From Myxococcales bacterium (lineage in GTDB: Bacteria > Myxococcota_A > Polyangia > Polyangiales > DASUME01): 64,000 bases of DNA. The position numbers were made by a program, and so were the translations under genes. Under the pieces are notes generated by a model. That model made no database searches, was not told where the DNA came from, and was given only the letters and a program-made list of their open reading frames with translations. Numbering within the stretch: position 1 is the stretch's first letter; the number at the start of each line of letters is the position of its first letter. Below are positions 1 through 9,788 of the stretch, piece by piece. The stretch is from the NCBI GenBank assembly GCA_047601445.1, contig JASGJH010000001.1, positions 832,001 through 896,000 of the forward strand, written 5' to 3'.

Positions 1-969
1 AAGATCGACATGAAGGAGGCCGCGCTTTCGTTTTCGGTCCCGGTCGAGAAGCTGCAGTACCTGAGCGATGGCTACGGCGGCTGGACTGCGGGTGACGCGC
101 TCCCGCTCGGTACTTTGAGCGGCTCGATCACCTTCGCAGGCGAGGGGCCCATCGAGAACACCAAGCAGCGCGCGCTTTACCTCGGCGACGGCGTCACCGA
201 GATCATCGTGCAGAGCGGCAAGCAACGCTCTGCGACGGCGTCCTTCGACGTGGGGCTCGATGGCCACCGGCTGGCCTTTGCGCCGCAGCCGACCACCTTG
301 TCCTGGTTCCGCAAGGCCGATGTGATCTCCGCGCAAGACCCGACCTTCAATCCCGTGGCGCTGCGGGACCACTACGGCGTGCCGGGCGGGCCAAACGCGT
401 CCACGCACATCATGGAGCAGGGAGGGGCGCAGTTGGACATCGTGGACCGGACCGCGAGCTGTCAGAACGTCACCCTGTTCATGACGGCCGGCCAGGTCGA
501 CAACACGTACGTGCCAACGGGCCCCGACAGCCATGAGAACTCGACCTGGCTTCAGTTCTCCATGCGCGATGAGTGTGAGCCCGGGATCTATGAGGAGCTC
601 TACTTCTGGGCCACGGTCAACGACAGCGTGGCCTTCACCAACCCGCTCGAGTCGTTGTCGGTGTTGCTCGATGTGCCGGTGACCGCCACGCGCTGTCTGT
701 ACACGCAGGATGGTGGCGGCTGCGAAGAGGTGAGCGTGCAGCTCACCGCCGAGGTGCTCTTCGAAGGCAACCAGGTGGTGCAGGGTGGGACGAGCGTCGG
801 CACCTATCGCTACGGCGGAAACGTGATTCGCGCGAATCTGGAGGCTTGGCGCAAGACGGCGGACGTGAGCATCGACGTTAGCCTGGATGGTGAGCCGCTC
901 CCGCTCGTGGCGCCCGAGTACGCGACGGTGCAGGCCTATCGCTCGGAAGAGGTGTCCTTGGCTCGCTAG
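1..969 (+). CDS. Hypothetical beta-rich, probably extracellular protein; 5'-partial
   Basis: The frame is open from base 1 (aag atc gac atg...) to TAG at 967-969 with GC3-biased codons. The product is T/S/G/V-rich with a few Cys. No recognisable motif. Confidence 0.6.
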   Translation, partial: KIDMKEAALSFSVPVEKLQYLSDGYGGWTAGDALPLGTLSGSITFAGEGPIENTKQRALYLGDGVTEIIVQSGKQRSATASFDVGLDGHRLAFAPQPTTLSWFRKADVISAQDPTFNPVALRDHYGVPGGPNASTHIMEQGGAQLDIVDRTASCQNVTLFMTAGQVDNTYVPTGPDSHENSTWLQFSMRDECEPGIYEELYFWATVNDSVAFTNPLESLSVLLDVPVTATRCLYTQDGGGCEEVSVQLTAEVLFEGNQVVQGGTSVGTYRYGGNVIRANLEAWRKTADVSIDVSLDGEPLPLVAPEYATVQAYRSEEVSLAR

Positions 970-1006
970 CGGTGACTGGAGCCCGAGTGCGCCGCCAGAA
1001 CCAGCG

Positions 1007-1873
1007 CTACTTCGGCAGCCGTCCAGGGCCGTGTTTGGTGGGTGAATAGACGATCACCGAGACGTCAGCGGGGGCACCACGTGGGGCGAGAGGCGCGTAT
1101 GCGAGCTCGACCAGGCCGTGGGTCGGATGCTGCATGCGTTTGACCTTGAGTCGCGGCTCGTCGAGCTGGTCGCCGGACCACAGCGTAACGAACTCGGGGC
1201 TTTGGCGCGCGAGGTCGTTGATCAGTGCGCGGACCTCCGGCCGGCCGGCGATGCGCGCGCTGTTGGTGCGAAACTGCGCGACGGCCGACGAGGCCAGGCA
1301 GCCCCAGTCCAGAAATAGCTCGCGCCAGCTGGGCCACAGGAAGATCATGCGCAGGATGTTGCGCTCCTCGGCCGGTAGTAGGCCGAAGTCGGCCACGAGT
1401 TCGGTCGCGGCGCTGTTCCACGCCAGCACGTCCCAGCGGCCGTTGAGCGCATAGGCCGGGTAGCTCAGCGCTTCGACCCAAGCAGCCAGATCGGGCGGTG
1501 CCACTTGCGTGAGCGGCTCGGAGTCTCCGGCGCCGTCTTCGCGTGACAGGGCCAGGGCCATCAAATGCGAGCGCTCCATCGCACTCAGCAAGAGCGCGTC
1601 AGCGATGTGCAGCAGGACGTCGCGTGAGGGACGAATGGGGCGCCCCTGCTCGAGCCACATGTACCAGCTCGCGCTGACGCCGGCGCGCTGCGCGACCTCT
1701 TCGCGCAGCAGGCCAGCGCTCCGCCGACGCGCGGAGGAGCGAAGACCGACCTGCTCCGGCTGAATCGCGGCGCGCTTGTGTCGCAGGAAGCGAGCGAGCT
1801 CGGCCCGGCGCTCCATCGCGATGGTATCGGGGTCCTCGAAGCTAGTGGTCCCACTACTAGGTTCGAGCCTCAT
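1007..1873 (-). CDS. MmyB-family XRE/HTH transcriptional regulator
   Basis: ELARFLRHKRAAIQPEQVGL...GLLREEVAQRAGVSASWYMWLEQGR N-terminus and PAYALNGRWDVLAWN ligand-binding domain. Start is uncertain (ATG 1873 or 1816); the 1996 start would overlap the divergent gene. Confidence 0.9.
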   Translation of the reverse strand: MRLEPSSGTTSFEDPDTIAMERRAELARFLRHKRAAIQPEQVGLRSSARRRSAGLLREEVAQRAGVSASWYMWLEQGRPIRPSRDVLLHIADALLLSAMERSHLMALALSREDGAGDSEPLTQVAPPDLAAWVEALSYPAYALNGRWDVLAWNSAATELVADFGLLPAEERNILRMIFLWPSWRELFLDWGCLASSAVAQFRTNSARIAGRPEVRALINDLARQSPEFVTLWSGDQLDEPRLKVKRMQHPTHGLVELAYAPLAPRGAPADVSVIVYSPTKHGPGRLPK

Positions 1874-1934
1874 CTGGTTGGCCGCTGGGCGGTCGCTAGC
1901 ATGCGAAGGCATCGAAAAGGAGGCACGTTCCGTC

Positions 1935-2369
1935 ATGTCGACCCCAGTTTCCAGCCATTCGCGCCCAGCCTTTGAGGGCCACCCGCTCGAGGCCATTCGC
2001 TCACTAGACTACACCATCCTGTTCGCACGCGACATGCAGGCGATGCGCGCGTTCTACGAGAAGGTGATGCGTTTCGAACCCTACTTCGAGCTGCCGGGCG
2101 GCTTCTGGTACGAGTTTCGCGTGGGAGCCAATCTGCTCGCGCTGTGCAAGCCAGGGACCGTGATCCCCGACGCCACTCCGCAAGCCGGCCTCGCCGCGGT
2201 GCACCTCGCTTTCCGGGTCAGGCGCGAAGAGGTCGATGCCTGCGAGGCGACTCTGCGAGAGCAAGGTGTCACCATCGTGTCCGGGGCAACCGACCAGCCG
2301 TGGGCACATCGCACCTTGTTCTTCCGTGATCCCGACGGCAACCTATTGGAGATCTACGCGGATATCTGA
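1935..2369 (+). CDS. VOC / glyoxalase-bleomycin resistance family protein
   Basis: AAGGAGG RBS at 1917-1923 before ATG 1935. Motifs LDYTILFARD, HLAFRV, WAHRTLFFRDPDGNLLEI. Divergent from the MmyB regulator. Confidence 0.9.
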   Translation: MSTPVSSHSRPAFEGHPLEAIRSLDYTILFARDMQAMRAFYEKVMRFEPYFELPGGFWYEFRVGANLLALCKPGTVIPDATPQAGLAAVHLAFRVRREEVDACEATLREQGVTIVSGATDQPWAHRTLFFRDPDGNLLEIYADI

Positions 2370-2408
2370 GTCCCGTTGTCGTCACGAGACGCCGGGGCAG
2401 GGCGACGC

Positions 2409-4127
2409 TCAATCGGCAGGCAGGCCGTAGCAGGAGACGCTTCCCTTGTCGTCGAGCCCGATGTCCGGGACCGCGCGGTTGCCGCCACCCACGTAGAGGC
2501 GGCCATTGGAGATCACCACGCTCGCGAGGGTGCGTCCCGCGGTGGGCAGCCGCGCCAACTGCGCGCCGGTCCGTGCGTTGAGCGCATAGACCGCGGATTC
2601 GGGAGCGGCGTCTGGGAGCTCTTCCACGGGGGATTGCACGTACACGACGCCATTGGCGATCGCGATGCCTGCGGCCAGCGGCGATTGCATTCGGTCGAAG
2701 CGCCACAGGACCTTCGTGCCTTGTGGCGCGAGCGCGAGCAACGTGCCTGTGTAGGGCGCATCCTTGATGGGAGGTCCAATGCGATCGACGCCATGCTGAT
2801 AGACGATGCCGTCCGCGTAGCCGCCCAGGGTCTGGAGTCCCCCGAGCTCGAGCGCCATCTGCACGTGTTGGGTGCGGCTCACTTCGCTCCCATCGCTCGC
2901 ACGCAGCACGTGGTACTCGCCGCTCTTGCGGCCCGCGCCGACCACGCGGCCGACCCCGGGCAAATCGTACAGTTTGGGTGAGTCGCCGAAGTCGAGGTCT
3001 CGGTAGTTGCCCTGGGCATCCGGGTTGTCGCGCGTGATGTCCCAGACGTCGTTCGGGCTGGCTTGATAGGCCCACTTGAGCTCGCCCGTGTCCGCGTCGA
3101 GCGCCAGGATCGAGTCGCTGCCCGGGCTGCCGGTGCCAGCCGTGGTCGGGGAAAAGTTTTGGCCCGTACCCACGAACACGGTGTTGGTCTCCGCGTCGTA
3201 GGTCGGCGGTCCCCAGATGGCACCGCCCGAGGGACCTCGCACATAGGGCAGCCCCTGGATGGGCAGCGCCTCGGCGGCGGGCACGGTGTAGTGGCGCCAC
3301 TTCTCCTGTCCCGTGCGCACGTCGAGCGCGACGAGCAGCCCACGGAAATCGCAGCACTGGTAGCCGGTGATGATGCTGATGGCGACCCCCACCGCCTCCA
3401 CGGACGAAAAGCCGATGTACAGGGTGTCGCCCACCAGGGTGATCGAGTTGCCGATCAGTCCGCTGAACAGGTTGGCGTCGATGTCCTCCTTCACCCAACG
3501 CTCCGCGCCCGTGTCGCACTCGAGGGCGTACACGTTGCCGTCCTGGTCACCGAAGATCACCAGCGCCTCTTCAGGCGCGATCACCGCTCCGCCTATGACG
3601 GGTGATGTCGTGGAGAGACCGAGCGAGCCCCGCGGCGACGCGAAGGGGTTTTTGGCGCGCCGCGTGTCGTACTGCCAGCGCAGGGTACCGTCGCGCTCGA
3701 GCGCATAGAAGCGCCCCCCCATCGCGCCGATGTACACCCGACCGTCCTGCACCGCCGGCGTCGCGTGCACCGCACCGATTGTGTGACCGGCGGCCGCGTC
3801 GTCGAAGCGCCACAGCAGCCGGAGCTGCGCCACGTTGTCGGGGCTGAGTGTGTGCTCGGACACGTTGTGAGCGCTGCCTCGCACGTCGAACAAGGTTTGG
3901 ATCCAATCGCCATTGCCAGTGGCCGCGTCGGGGCCGGGTGAACCGCCGTCCGCGGCGGCATCGCGGGGATCGGTCTGCCCGCTGTCGGGACCGCCATCGG
4001 CCGGTGCCGCGTCCCTCGACGAGGGGTGAGTGTCAGGTCTTTCAGCCGAGCTGCCTTCCGTGCAAGCGGTGATCAGATAGAGCAAGGTGAGGCTGGGCAG
4101 CGCGCCCTTCAGATAAGCCAAGTGCAT
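2409..4127 (-). CDS. PQQ-binding-like beta-propeller lipoprotein (polyvinyl-alcohol-dehydrogenase-like)
   Basis: Lipobox LITAC; repeated YALD..TG...W propeller motifs; GGAIWGPP, VGTGQN, DSILALD, DLDFGDSP; vicinal CC. RBS upstream of ATG 4127. Confidence 0.85.
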   Translation of the reverse strand: MHLAYLKGALPSLTLLYLITACTEGSSAERPDTHPSSRDAAPADGGPDSGQTDPRDAAADGGSPGPDAATGNGDWIQTLFDVRGSAHNVSEHTLSPDNVAQLRLLWRFDDAAAGHTIGAVHATPAVQDGRVYIGAMGGRFYALERDGTLRWQYDTRRAKNPFASPRGSLGLSTTSPVIGGAVIAPEEALVIFGDQDGNVYALECDTGAERWVKEDIDANLFSGLIGNSITLVGDTLYIGFSSVEAVGVAISIITGYQCCDFRGLLVALDVRTGQEKWRHYTVPAAEALPIQGLPYVRGPSGGAIWGPPTYDAETNTVFVGTGQNFSPTTAGTGSPGSDSILALDADTGELKWAYQASPNDVWDITRDNPDAQGNYRDLDFGDSPKLYDLPGVGRVVGAGRKSGEYHVLRASDGSEVSRTQHVQMALELGGLQTLGGYADGIVYQHGVDRIGPPIKDAPYTGTLLALAPQGTKVLWRFDRMQSPLAAGIAIANGVVYVQSPVEELPDAAPESAVYALNARTGAQLARLPTAGRTLASVVISNGRLYVGGGNRAVPDIGLDDKGSVSCYGLPAD

Positions 4128-4200
4128 CGCAAGAACCCCTTTCCAGAGACGACGCACTCAGTCGTTCCACGTCGCGGGGGGCGCGGTCGAGGGAGGCCGA

Positions 4201-4234
4201 TGCAACTCGCGCCGCGAAGGGTGCAGCTCGCACC
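4201..4234. promoter_or_regulatory. Putative LytTR-binding direct repeat
   Basis: tgcaactcgcgcc (4201-4213) and tgcagctcgcacc (4222-4234), 21-bp period, in the divergent intergenic region next to a LytS/LytTR pair. Confidence 0.55.
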
Positions 4235-4261
4235 AAAACGCCCTCAACGCCTGCGCGGAAG

Positions 4262-6043
4262 GTGGTACACACGACACGAGTGCAGACCTTGCTGGCGATA
4301 GACCGGCTCTCTCGAGCGCAGCGCATTGTAGGTGCGTGGTTGGGGTTGTTGGCGGTGGGCATGCTGCAGGGGCTGGCCGTGCAGCATGCCCTCGGCTCCA
4401 AGGCTCCGCCGGGGCTCGTCTGGATGTTCGCGGCGGGTGCCACGGGTGCATTTCTTTGCCTGCCCGTCGTGACTTGGACCGTTCGGAGAGCACACGGTCT
4501 GTCGCGGATGAAGGCGGTCCTTCTGCATGCTGCGGCTGCTTCGCTGTTCTCGGTCATCGGCATCGCCATCGCACGCGCACTCGCCATCCTGATGGGCGCG
4601 CCAGCATCGCAGGTCCCTCCGCTGCTCGAGTTGGTGATGTTCGAGCTCCAGAACACGCTGCCGCTCTACGCGGGGCTCGCTTTCGCCTACGCCACGTACG
4701 CTGCACTGCAGCGTCGGCGTGCCGCAGAGCGCGACGCGGCCTCACTCCGTGAGCAGCTCATCGACGAGCAGGTGCGGGCCGCGAGCGCTCGCCTGCAGCC
4801 CGCGCGCGTGTACGCTGCGCTGCATGCGGCACGCGAGGCTTTGCCCCACCGCGCCGCCGAGTGTGACGCGCACATCCAGGCACTGGCCGACGCCCTGCGT
4901 TCGCCCCGGCATCCGCACGAGCAGGCGGCTTTGCCTGCCCTGGATGTCCTTGCGGGCGATGCACCGTCGGCGCGGGAGCCCACCGTCCATGGCGCCGCCT
5001 GGCCGCGCTACTTGCTTGCGTTCCCGGTGATCGCGGGCGGTGCACTGCTGCTCGGGCGCGCCATGGCATTCGCGCTGCCGGCGCAGTCCGACCTGTTCTA
5101 CGTGGGCTCGCTGGGTCGAGCGGTCGGCGCGTGGTTGGCGCTGCCTGTCGCGTATGCAGCCGCACGGCTGGCCCACGGCCGCTCGAAGGGGACGCAACTC
5201 GCGGTTTACGCGAGCGGCTTCCTCGCGTTTTCGGTGGTGTGGGTCAGCGCCGCGGCCTGCACGCGCAGCTGGCTGTGCGATGGGTTCGGGCTCGCGCTGC
5301 CCAAGCTCTCGTGGCGCGAGGGGCTCCTGCTGGAGGCGCAGCGCCTTAGCTTCGCGTATGCGGCGTTCTGCGGCGCAGGGGCCGCTTGGCGCGCGGTGCG
5401 CGATGGTCATGCCCGCGAGCGCTGGCGCGAACAGCTTCGCGGCGCGCTGGCTGAAAGTCGGCTCGCAGCGCTGAACGCGCGCGTGGATCCGCATTTTCTG
5501 TTCAATGCCCTGAATACGCTCAGCTCCCTCGCTAGCAACGACCCCGAACGCACTGCCCACCTGATCGACGCGCTACGCGAGCTGCTCGAGGTTGCGCTGT
5601 CGTCGCATGAGCCCGATTGGCCCCTGAGCGACGAGCAGCGCTACACGCAGCGCTTCATTGAATTCTTGGGCGCCCGCTTTGGCACCCGCGTGTGCGTGGA
5701 GCTAATGTTGCCGGAGGCGCTGCTCGAGGTGCGCGTGCCGCGGATGTCGCTGCAGACCTTGGTCGAGAACGCCGTGAAGCACAATCAGGACCGTCGCAAG
5801 CCATTGCACGTGCAACTCAGCGCCCGAGCCACGGCGAACGCCACCGTTCTTACGGTGAATGACGACGGCAAGGGATTCTCGCTCACACGCCCGCATGCTC
5901 ATGCGCGCGGAGGCCTTGAGCGTCTTCGCCACACGCTCCAGCTGCTGTACGGCTCTGGGGCTGCGCTCGTAACCGGGATGAGTGAGGGGCAAGGCGCTCG
6001 CATCGAGATGTCCATTCCTCGGATCCCTCAGATCGCATGCTGA
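4262..6043 (+). CDS. LytS/YehU-type sensor histidine kinase with a duplicated membrane module
   Basis: H-box LNARVDPHFLFNALNTL, N-box LQTLVENAVKH, D-box VNDDGKG. Two multi-TM blocks, the first followed by a degenerate H-box-like segment (ARLQPARVYAAL). Confidence 0.88.
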   Translation: MVHTTRVQTLLAIDRLSRAQRIVGAWLGLLAVGMLQGLAVQHALGSKAPPGLVWMFAAGATGAFLCLPVVTWTVRRAHGLSRMKAVLLHAAAASLFSVIGIAIARALAILMGAPASQVPPLLELVMFELQNTLPLYAGLAFAYATYAALQRRRAAERDAASLREQLIDEQVRAASARLQPARVYAALHAAREALPHRAAECDAHIQALADALRSPRHPHEQAALPALDVLAGDAPSAREPTVHGAAWPRYLLAFPVIAGGALLLGRAMAFALPAQSDLFYVGSLGRAVGAWLALPVAYAAARLAHGRSKGTQLAVYASGFLAFSVVWVSAAACTRSWLCDGFGLALPKLSWREGLLLEAQRLSFAYAAFCGAGAAWRAVRDGHARERWREQLRGALAESRLAALNARVDPHFLFNALNTLSSLASNDPERTAHLIDALRELLEVALSSHEPDWPLSDEQRYTQRFIEFLGARFGTRVCVELMLPEALLEVRVPRMSLQTLVENAVKHNQDRRKPLHVQLSARATANATVLTVNDDGKGFSLTRPHAHARGGLERLRHTLQLLYGSGAALVTGMSEGQGARIEMSIPRIPQIAC

Positions 6044-6771
6044 GAGTGCTAAACGTCGACGATGAAGCTCCGGCGCGTGCCAAGGTGGCTCGCCTGCTGG
6101 CGGCCGATGCGCGCTTCGTGATCGTCGGAGAAGCGAGCGATGGCCTCGAAGCGCTGACCGCGATGGAGGCGCTCGCGCCGGACCTGCTCATTCTGGACGT
6201 GCAGATGCCCGAGCTAGACGGCTTCGAACTGTTGTCCGCCCTGGGCGACACGCAGCCCGCCGTGGTGTTCTCCACCGCCTACGACAGCTACGCGCTGCGC
6301 GCATTCGAGGCTCACGCCGTCGACTATCTGCTCAAACCCTATGACGAGAAGCGCTTCCGCCTTGCCCTGGCGCGCGCGGCCCACGCCTGCGCGGCCCGGG
6401 AAGTCCTGCATCGCCCCCTGCTCGATGCCGTCAGCCTGCGCGCTCCACGGCGGCTCGCACTCAAATCCGTCGACGGCCCCTGGATCAGCCTCGAGCTCGA
6501 GCGCGTCCTGCGCCTGTCGGCTGCCAACAAGCACACCTGCATTTACACGCTCGACGGCGAGCACCTCGTGCGCAAGGCCCTGCGCGACCTGGAGCAGAGC
6601 CTCGATGCTCGCTTCGTGTGCGCCCATCGCAGCGAAGTGGTCAACGTGGATGCCGTGGTGCGGGTCACGTCCGCGGGATACGGCGATGCGGAGCTCACGT
6701 TGCGCGACGGGACCCGGGTGCCGCTCGCGCGCAGTCGTCGCGCGGCGTTCTTTGCGGCTTATCGGGGGTAG
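6037..6771 (+). CDS. LytR/AlgR-family response regulator (REC + LytTR)
   Basis: VDDE, LDVQMP, FSTAYD..ALRAFEAHAVDYLLKP; LytTR HRSEVVN. Overlaps the kinase stop codon. Confidence 0.95.
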   Translation: MLRVLNVDDEAPARAKVARLLAADARFVIVGEASDGLEALTAMEALAPDLLILDVQMPELDGFELLSALGDTQPAVVFSTAYDSYALRAFEAHAVDYLLKPYDEKRFRLALARAAHACAAREVLHRPLLDAVSLRAPRRLALKSVDGPWISLELERVLRLSAANKHTCIYTLDGEHLVRKALRDLEQSLDARFVCAHRSEVVNVDAVVRVTSAGYGDAELTLRDGTRVPLARSRRAAFFAAYRG

Positions 6772-7577
6772 GGGCGAACGTTGTTCGGCGAGTTGCCTCG
6801 AGGACCCGCATCGGAGTTCGCCGCCATGGCTGTGTCGTCCGCGTACACGTCAGTTCCCCGTGTACTGCCTCGAAGCGTGAACCGCCGCGGGCTTCGATCG
6901 CCCCACGCGGGACAGGCCAATCGGGGTGATCCAGCGCACCAAAGCGAACCGACGCGGCGGACGAGATATGGGCGCTCCTTGGGGCCGCTTGCGCGGCTGG
7001 CGAAGCGCCTGGCTCCGCTCTGCCCGATGCAGCTCGCGCGATGCCCGTCGACGCGGCTTCGCATGCCTCCGCGGCGAAACCGAGCGAGCTCGCATGCGAG
7101 ACCTCGAGGCGAGACATCGCTGCCCGCTCGAGCTTGCCGGCGCGCTGTCAGGCGGAGGCCGATTGCACCTGGTTTCATGCGCCGTGCCCCTTCGGTTGCA
7201 TCCGGGGCCAGCATCGCAGGGCGCCCAGGGCCGCGCTCCTCGAGGCCATCGAGTCCTACAAGCGCTCCTGCAATGCCCGTCGCGACCGCTGTGCATTGCC
7301 CGAAGGTCCTGCGCGCTGCATCGAGGGCCGCTGTCGCTAGGCAGACTCGAAGCGTTTCGCACCATTACAGCTGAGTGGCTGATGCATCTCGTCTGCGTTT
7401 GAGAAAACCGTGTTTCGCTGTGACAGAATCATTGCTTTCCGCGAGGGCGAAAACGTTCGCAATCGCATGTGAGATCTGGCAACCATGCGTTCCCCCTGCT
7501 CGCTTTGCGAATGCGCGGGGCCCGCGCGGTGTGATCAACGCGGCGCGGCACACACCACAAAAGAAGGGGAAACACGC

Positions 7578-9788
7578 ATGACGCGGATCTCGCGCCGATG
7601 GCTGACTTGTCTCTTAATCTTGCTTGTAGGCTGTGCTGAGGCGCTCGATGACCAGACCGAGGCGCCCTACGACGACGATGTGGGAACGGCGGAACAGGCG
7701 CTGGCTGGCGCGAGTGCGGCCGGCACGATTCCCGCGGGTTTGCCGTCGCGCGTGCTCGTGGGGCTGTTCGAGGACACGGGCCAAACCTGGATGAAGTCGA
7801 GCAACGTGCGCTGGGACGCGCGCTATCGCTACTTCACCAAGGGCTGGGTCAACAACTGGGGCTGGAGCGCCTACGACGGATCGTGGGGACTCAACTATCT
7901 GCGCGAATGCGACACTCAGGGCTATGTGCCTGCATTGCAGTACTACCAGCTGTTCGGCGAGACCGGCGGTGGGGAGGCTCAGACGCTGGCCAAGGTGCAA
8001 AACGCGACCACCATGCGTTCCTACTTCGGTGACTTCAAGATCCTCATGCAGCGCGTGAAGGACTTCGGAAAGCCGGTGATGGTGCTGATCGAGGCCGATG
8101 CGTATGGCTTCCTCCAGCAGCAAGCGGCCAACAATCCGAGCGCCTATGCGGCCATCGCCGCGTCCGGGATGCCCGAGCTCGCGAGCCTGCCCAACACGGT
8201 GGCCGGCTGGGGGCTCGCGTTCTTGCAGCTCAAGCAGGCGGTGGGGGCCAGCAACGCCATCCTCGGTGTGCACGTCTCGGCCTGGGCCAGCGGCAAGGAC
8301 ATCGCCTATTCGAGCGCCACCGACGCGCTCGGGCCCGAGGTCGACAAGGTGTACGCATTCCTGTCGCCGCTCGGCCTGGCGGCGAACCTTACCGGTGCGA
8401 CCTACGACGTGCTGGTGGGCGACCCGCTCGATCGGGACTCGGACTACTATCGCCTTAGCTATGGGCAGGATCGCTGGTGGGACGCCAGCGATAGCGCCTC
8501 CATCTCATCCAAGAGCTTCAACCGCTATGCGGAGTGGCTGCGCCTGTGGAATCAAAAGGCCGGCAAGCGCTGGGTCTTGTGGCAAATCCCGCTCGGCAAC
8601 TCGAACCACAAGAACGTCTACAACAACGGTGGCAGCGCCGAGGGCTACAAGGACAACCGACCCGAGTACTTCTTCGCCAATGGCACCGCCCACATCACCA
8701 AGTTCGCCGACGCGGGCGTGATTGCGCTGCTGTTCGGCGCCGGCGCGGGCGGCATGAGCACCTACACCAACGACACGTACAGCGACGGTCAGTTGTTCAT
8801 GAAGAGCCGAGCTGGCGCCATTCTCAGCGCAGGCGGCGTCCCACTGGGGTCGGGCGGCACGACTCCGCCGTTCACCTGCGCGAGCACGGGCACCGGCAAC
8901 GGGCTGCGTGGCGACTACTTCAGCGGCACGACGCTCGCGAGCCTGGTGCTCAGCCGCACCGACGCGACGGTGGATTTCAGCTGGGGCACGGCGGCACCGG
9001 CGAGCGTTGTGGCGAAGGACAACTTCTCGGTGCGCTGGAGCGGTCAGCTGAGTCCTCGCTCGAGCGGGCCCACGACGTTCTACACCCAGACCGACGACGG
9101 TGTGCGGCTCTGGATCAATGGGCAGCTGGTGATCGACAACTGGACGGACCATGGCACCACCGAGAACGGCGCCACCCTCACGCTCACGGCGGGCCAACGC
9201 TACGACGTGAAGCTCGAGTACTACGAGCGCACGGGCGGCGCGGTGGCGCGCCTGATGTGGTCCAACGCTTGCGATGCCAAGCAGGTGATCCCGACCACTC
9301 AGCTCTATGCCAGTGCGAGCGTGCCGAGTACGCCGAGCGTTCCCAGCGACACCGCGCGCTTCGCCTTCGAGAGCGATGCCCAGGGCTGGACCACGACCGG
9401 CGGCTTCTTGACCTCGGCGGTCAGCTCGAGCGATCGCGCCTACCGTGGTCTGCGTTCCCTCAAGGTCAGCGTCAGCGGCGGCGCAGGCAGCCAGCGGGTG
9501 TTCGTACCCAATCCAGCAGTGCCGGCGGGCGCCACGGTAACCTTCAACGTGTACGTGCCGGCAGGGTCCACGCTGGGATTGGTGCAACCCTACGTGCTGC
9601 AGGGTGCGGCGGGCGGCTGGGCCTGGACTGGCAACTGGCGGGCGATCGGTTCGCTGAGTGCGGGCCAGTGGAACGCCATCAGCGTGGTGGTGCCCGCGGG
9701 GGCCGCGGCGTTGGCCGAGCTCGGGGTGGAGATCTCCAACCAGTCGACGGGCAATTTCGCGACCTATGTGGACGCGGTGAATTGGTAG
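7578..9788 (+). CDS. Secreted lipoprotein: putative glycoside-hydrolase-like domain + PA14 domain + C-terminal CBM-like domain
   Basis: RBS AAGGGG before ATG 7578; lipobox LLVGC. Aromatic-rich N-terminal domain (VMVLIEADAYG); PA14 motifs GLRGDYF, NFSVRWSG, TDDGVRLWING; Trp-rich C-terminal beta-sandwich (FAFESDAQGW). Confidence 0.8.
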   Translation: MTRISRRWLTCLLILLVGCAEALDDQTEAPYDDDVGTAEQALAGASAAGTIPAGLPSRVLVGLFEDTGQTWMKSSNVRWDARYRYFTKGWVNNWGWSAYDGSWGLNYLRECDTQGYVPALQYYQLFGETGGGEAQTLAKVQNATTMRSYFGDFKILMQRVKDFGKPVMVLIEADAYGFLQQQAANNPSAYAAIAASGMPELASLPNTVAGWGLAFLQLKQAVGASNAILGVHVSAWASGKDIAYSSATDALGPEVDKVYAFLSPLGLAANLTGATYDVLVGDPLDRDSDYYRLSYGQDRWWDASDSASISSKSFNRYAEWLRLWNQKAGKRWVLWQIPLGNSNHKNVYNNGGSAEGYKDNRPEYFFANGTAHITKFADAGVIALLFGAGAGGMSTYTNDTYSDGQLFMKSRAGAILSAGGVPLGSGGTTPPFTCASTGTGNGLRGDYFSGTTLASLVLSRTDATVDFSWGTAAPASVVAKDNFSVRWSGQLSPRSSGPTTFYTQTDDGVRLWINGQLVIDNWTDHGTTENGATLTLTAGQRYDVKLEYYERTGGAVARLMWSNACDAKQVIPTTQLYASASVPSTPSVPSDTARFAFESDAQGWTTTGGFLTSAVSSSDRAYRGLRSLKVSVSGGAGSQRVFVPNPAVPAGATVTFNVYVPAGSTLGLVQPYVLQGAAGGWAWTGNWRAIGSLSAGQWNAISVVVPAGAAALAELGVEISNQSTGNFATYVDAVNW

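Noticed and set aside
7400..7485. LacI- or CRP-like sites upstream of the PA14 gene (gcgaaaacgttcgc; tgtga)
   Set aside because: Only partial symmetry and no cognate regulator in the window; too weak to call.
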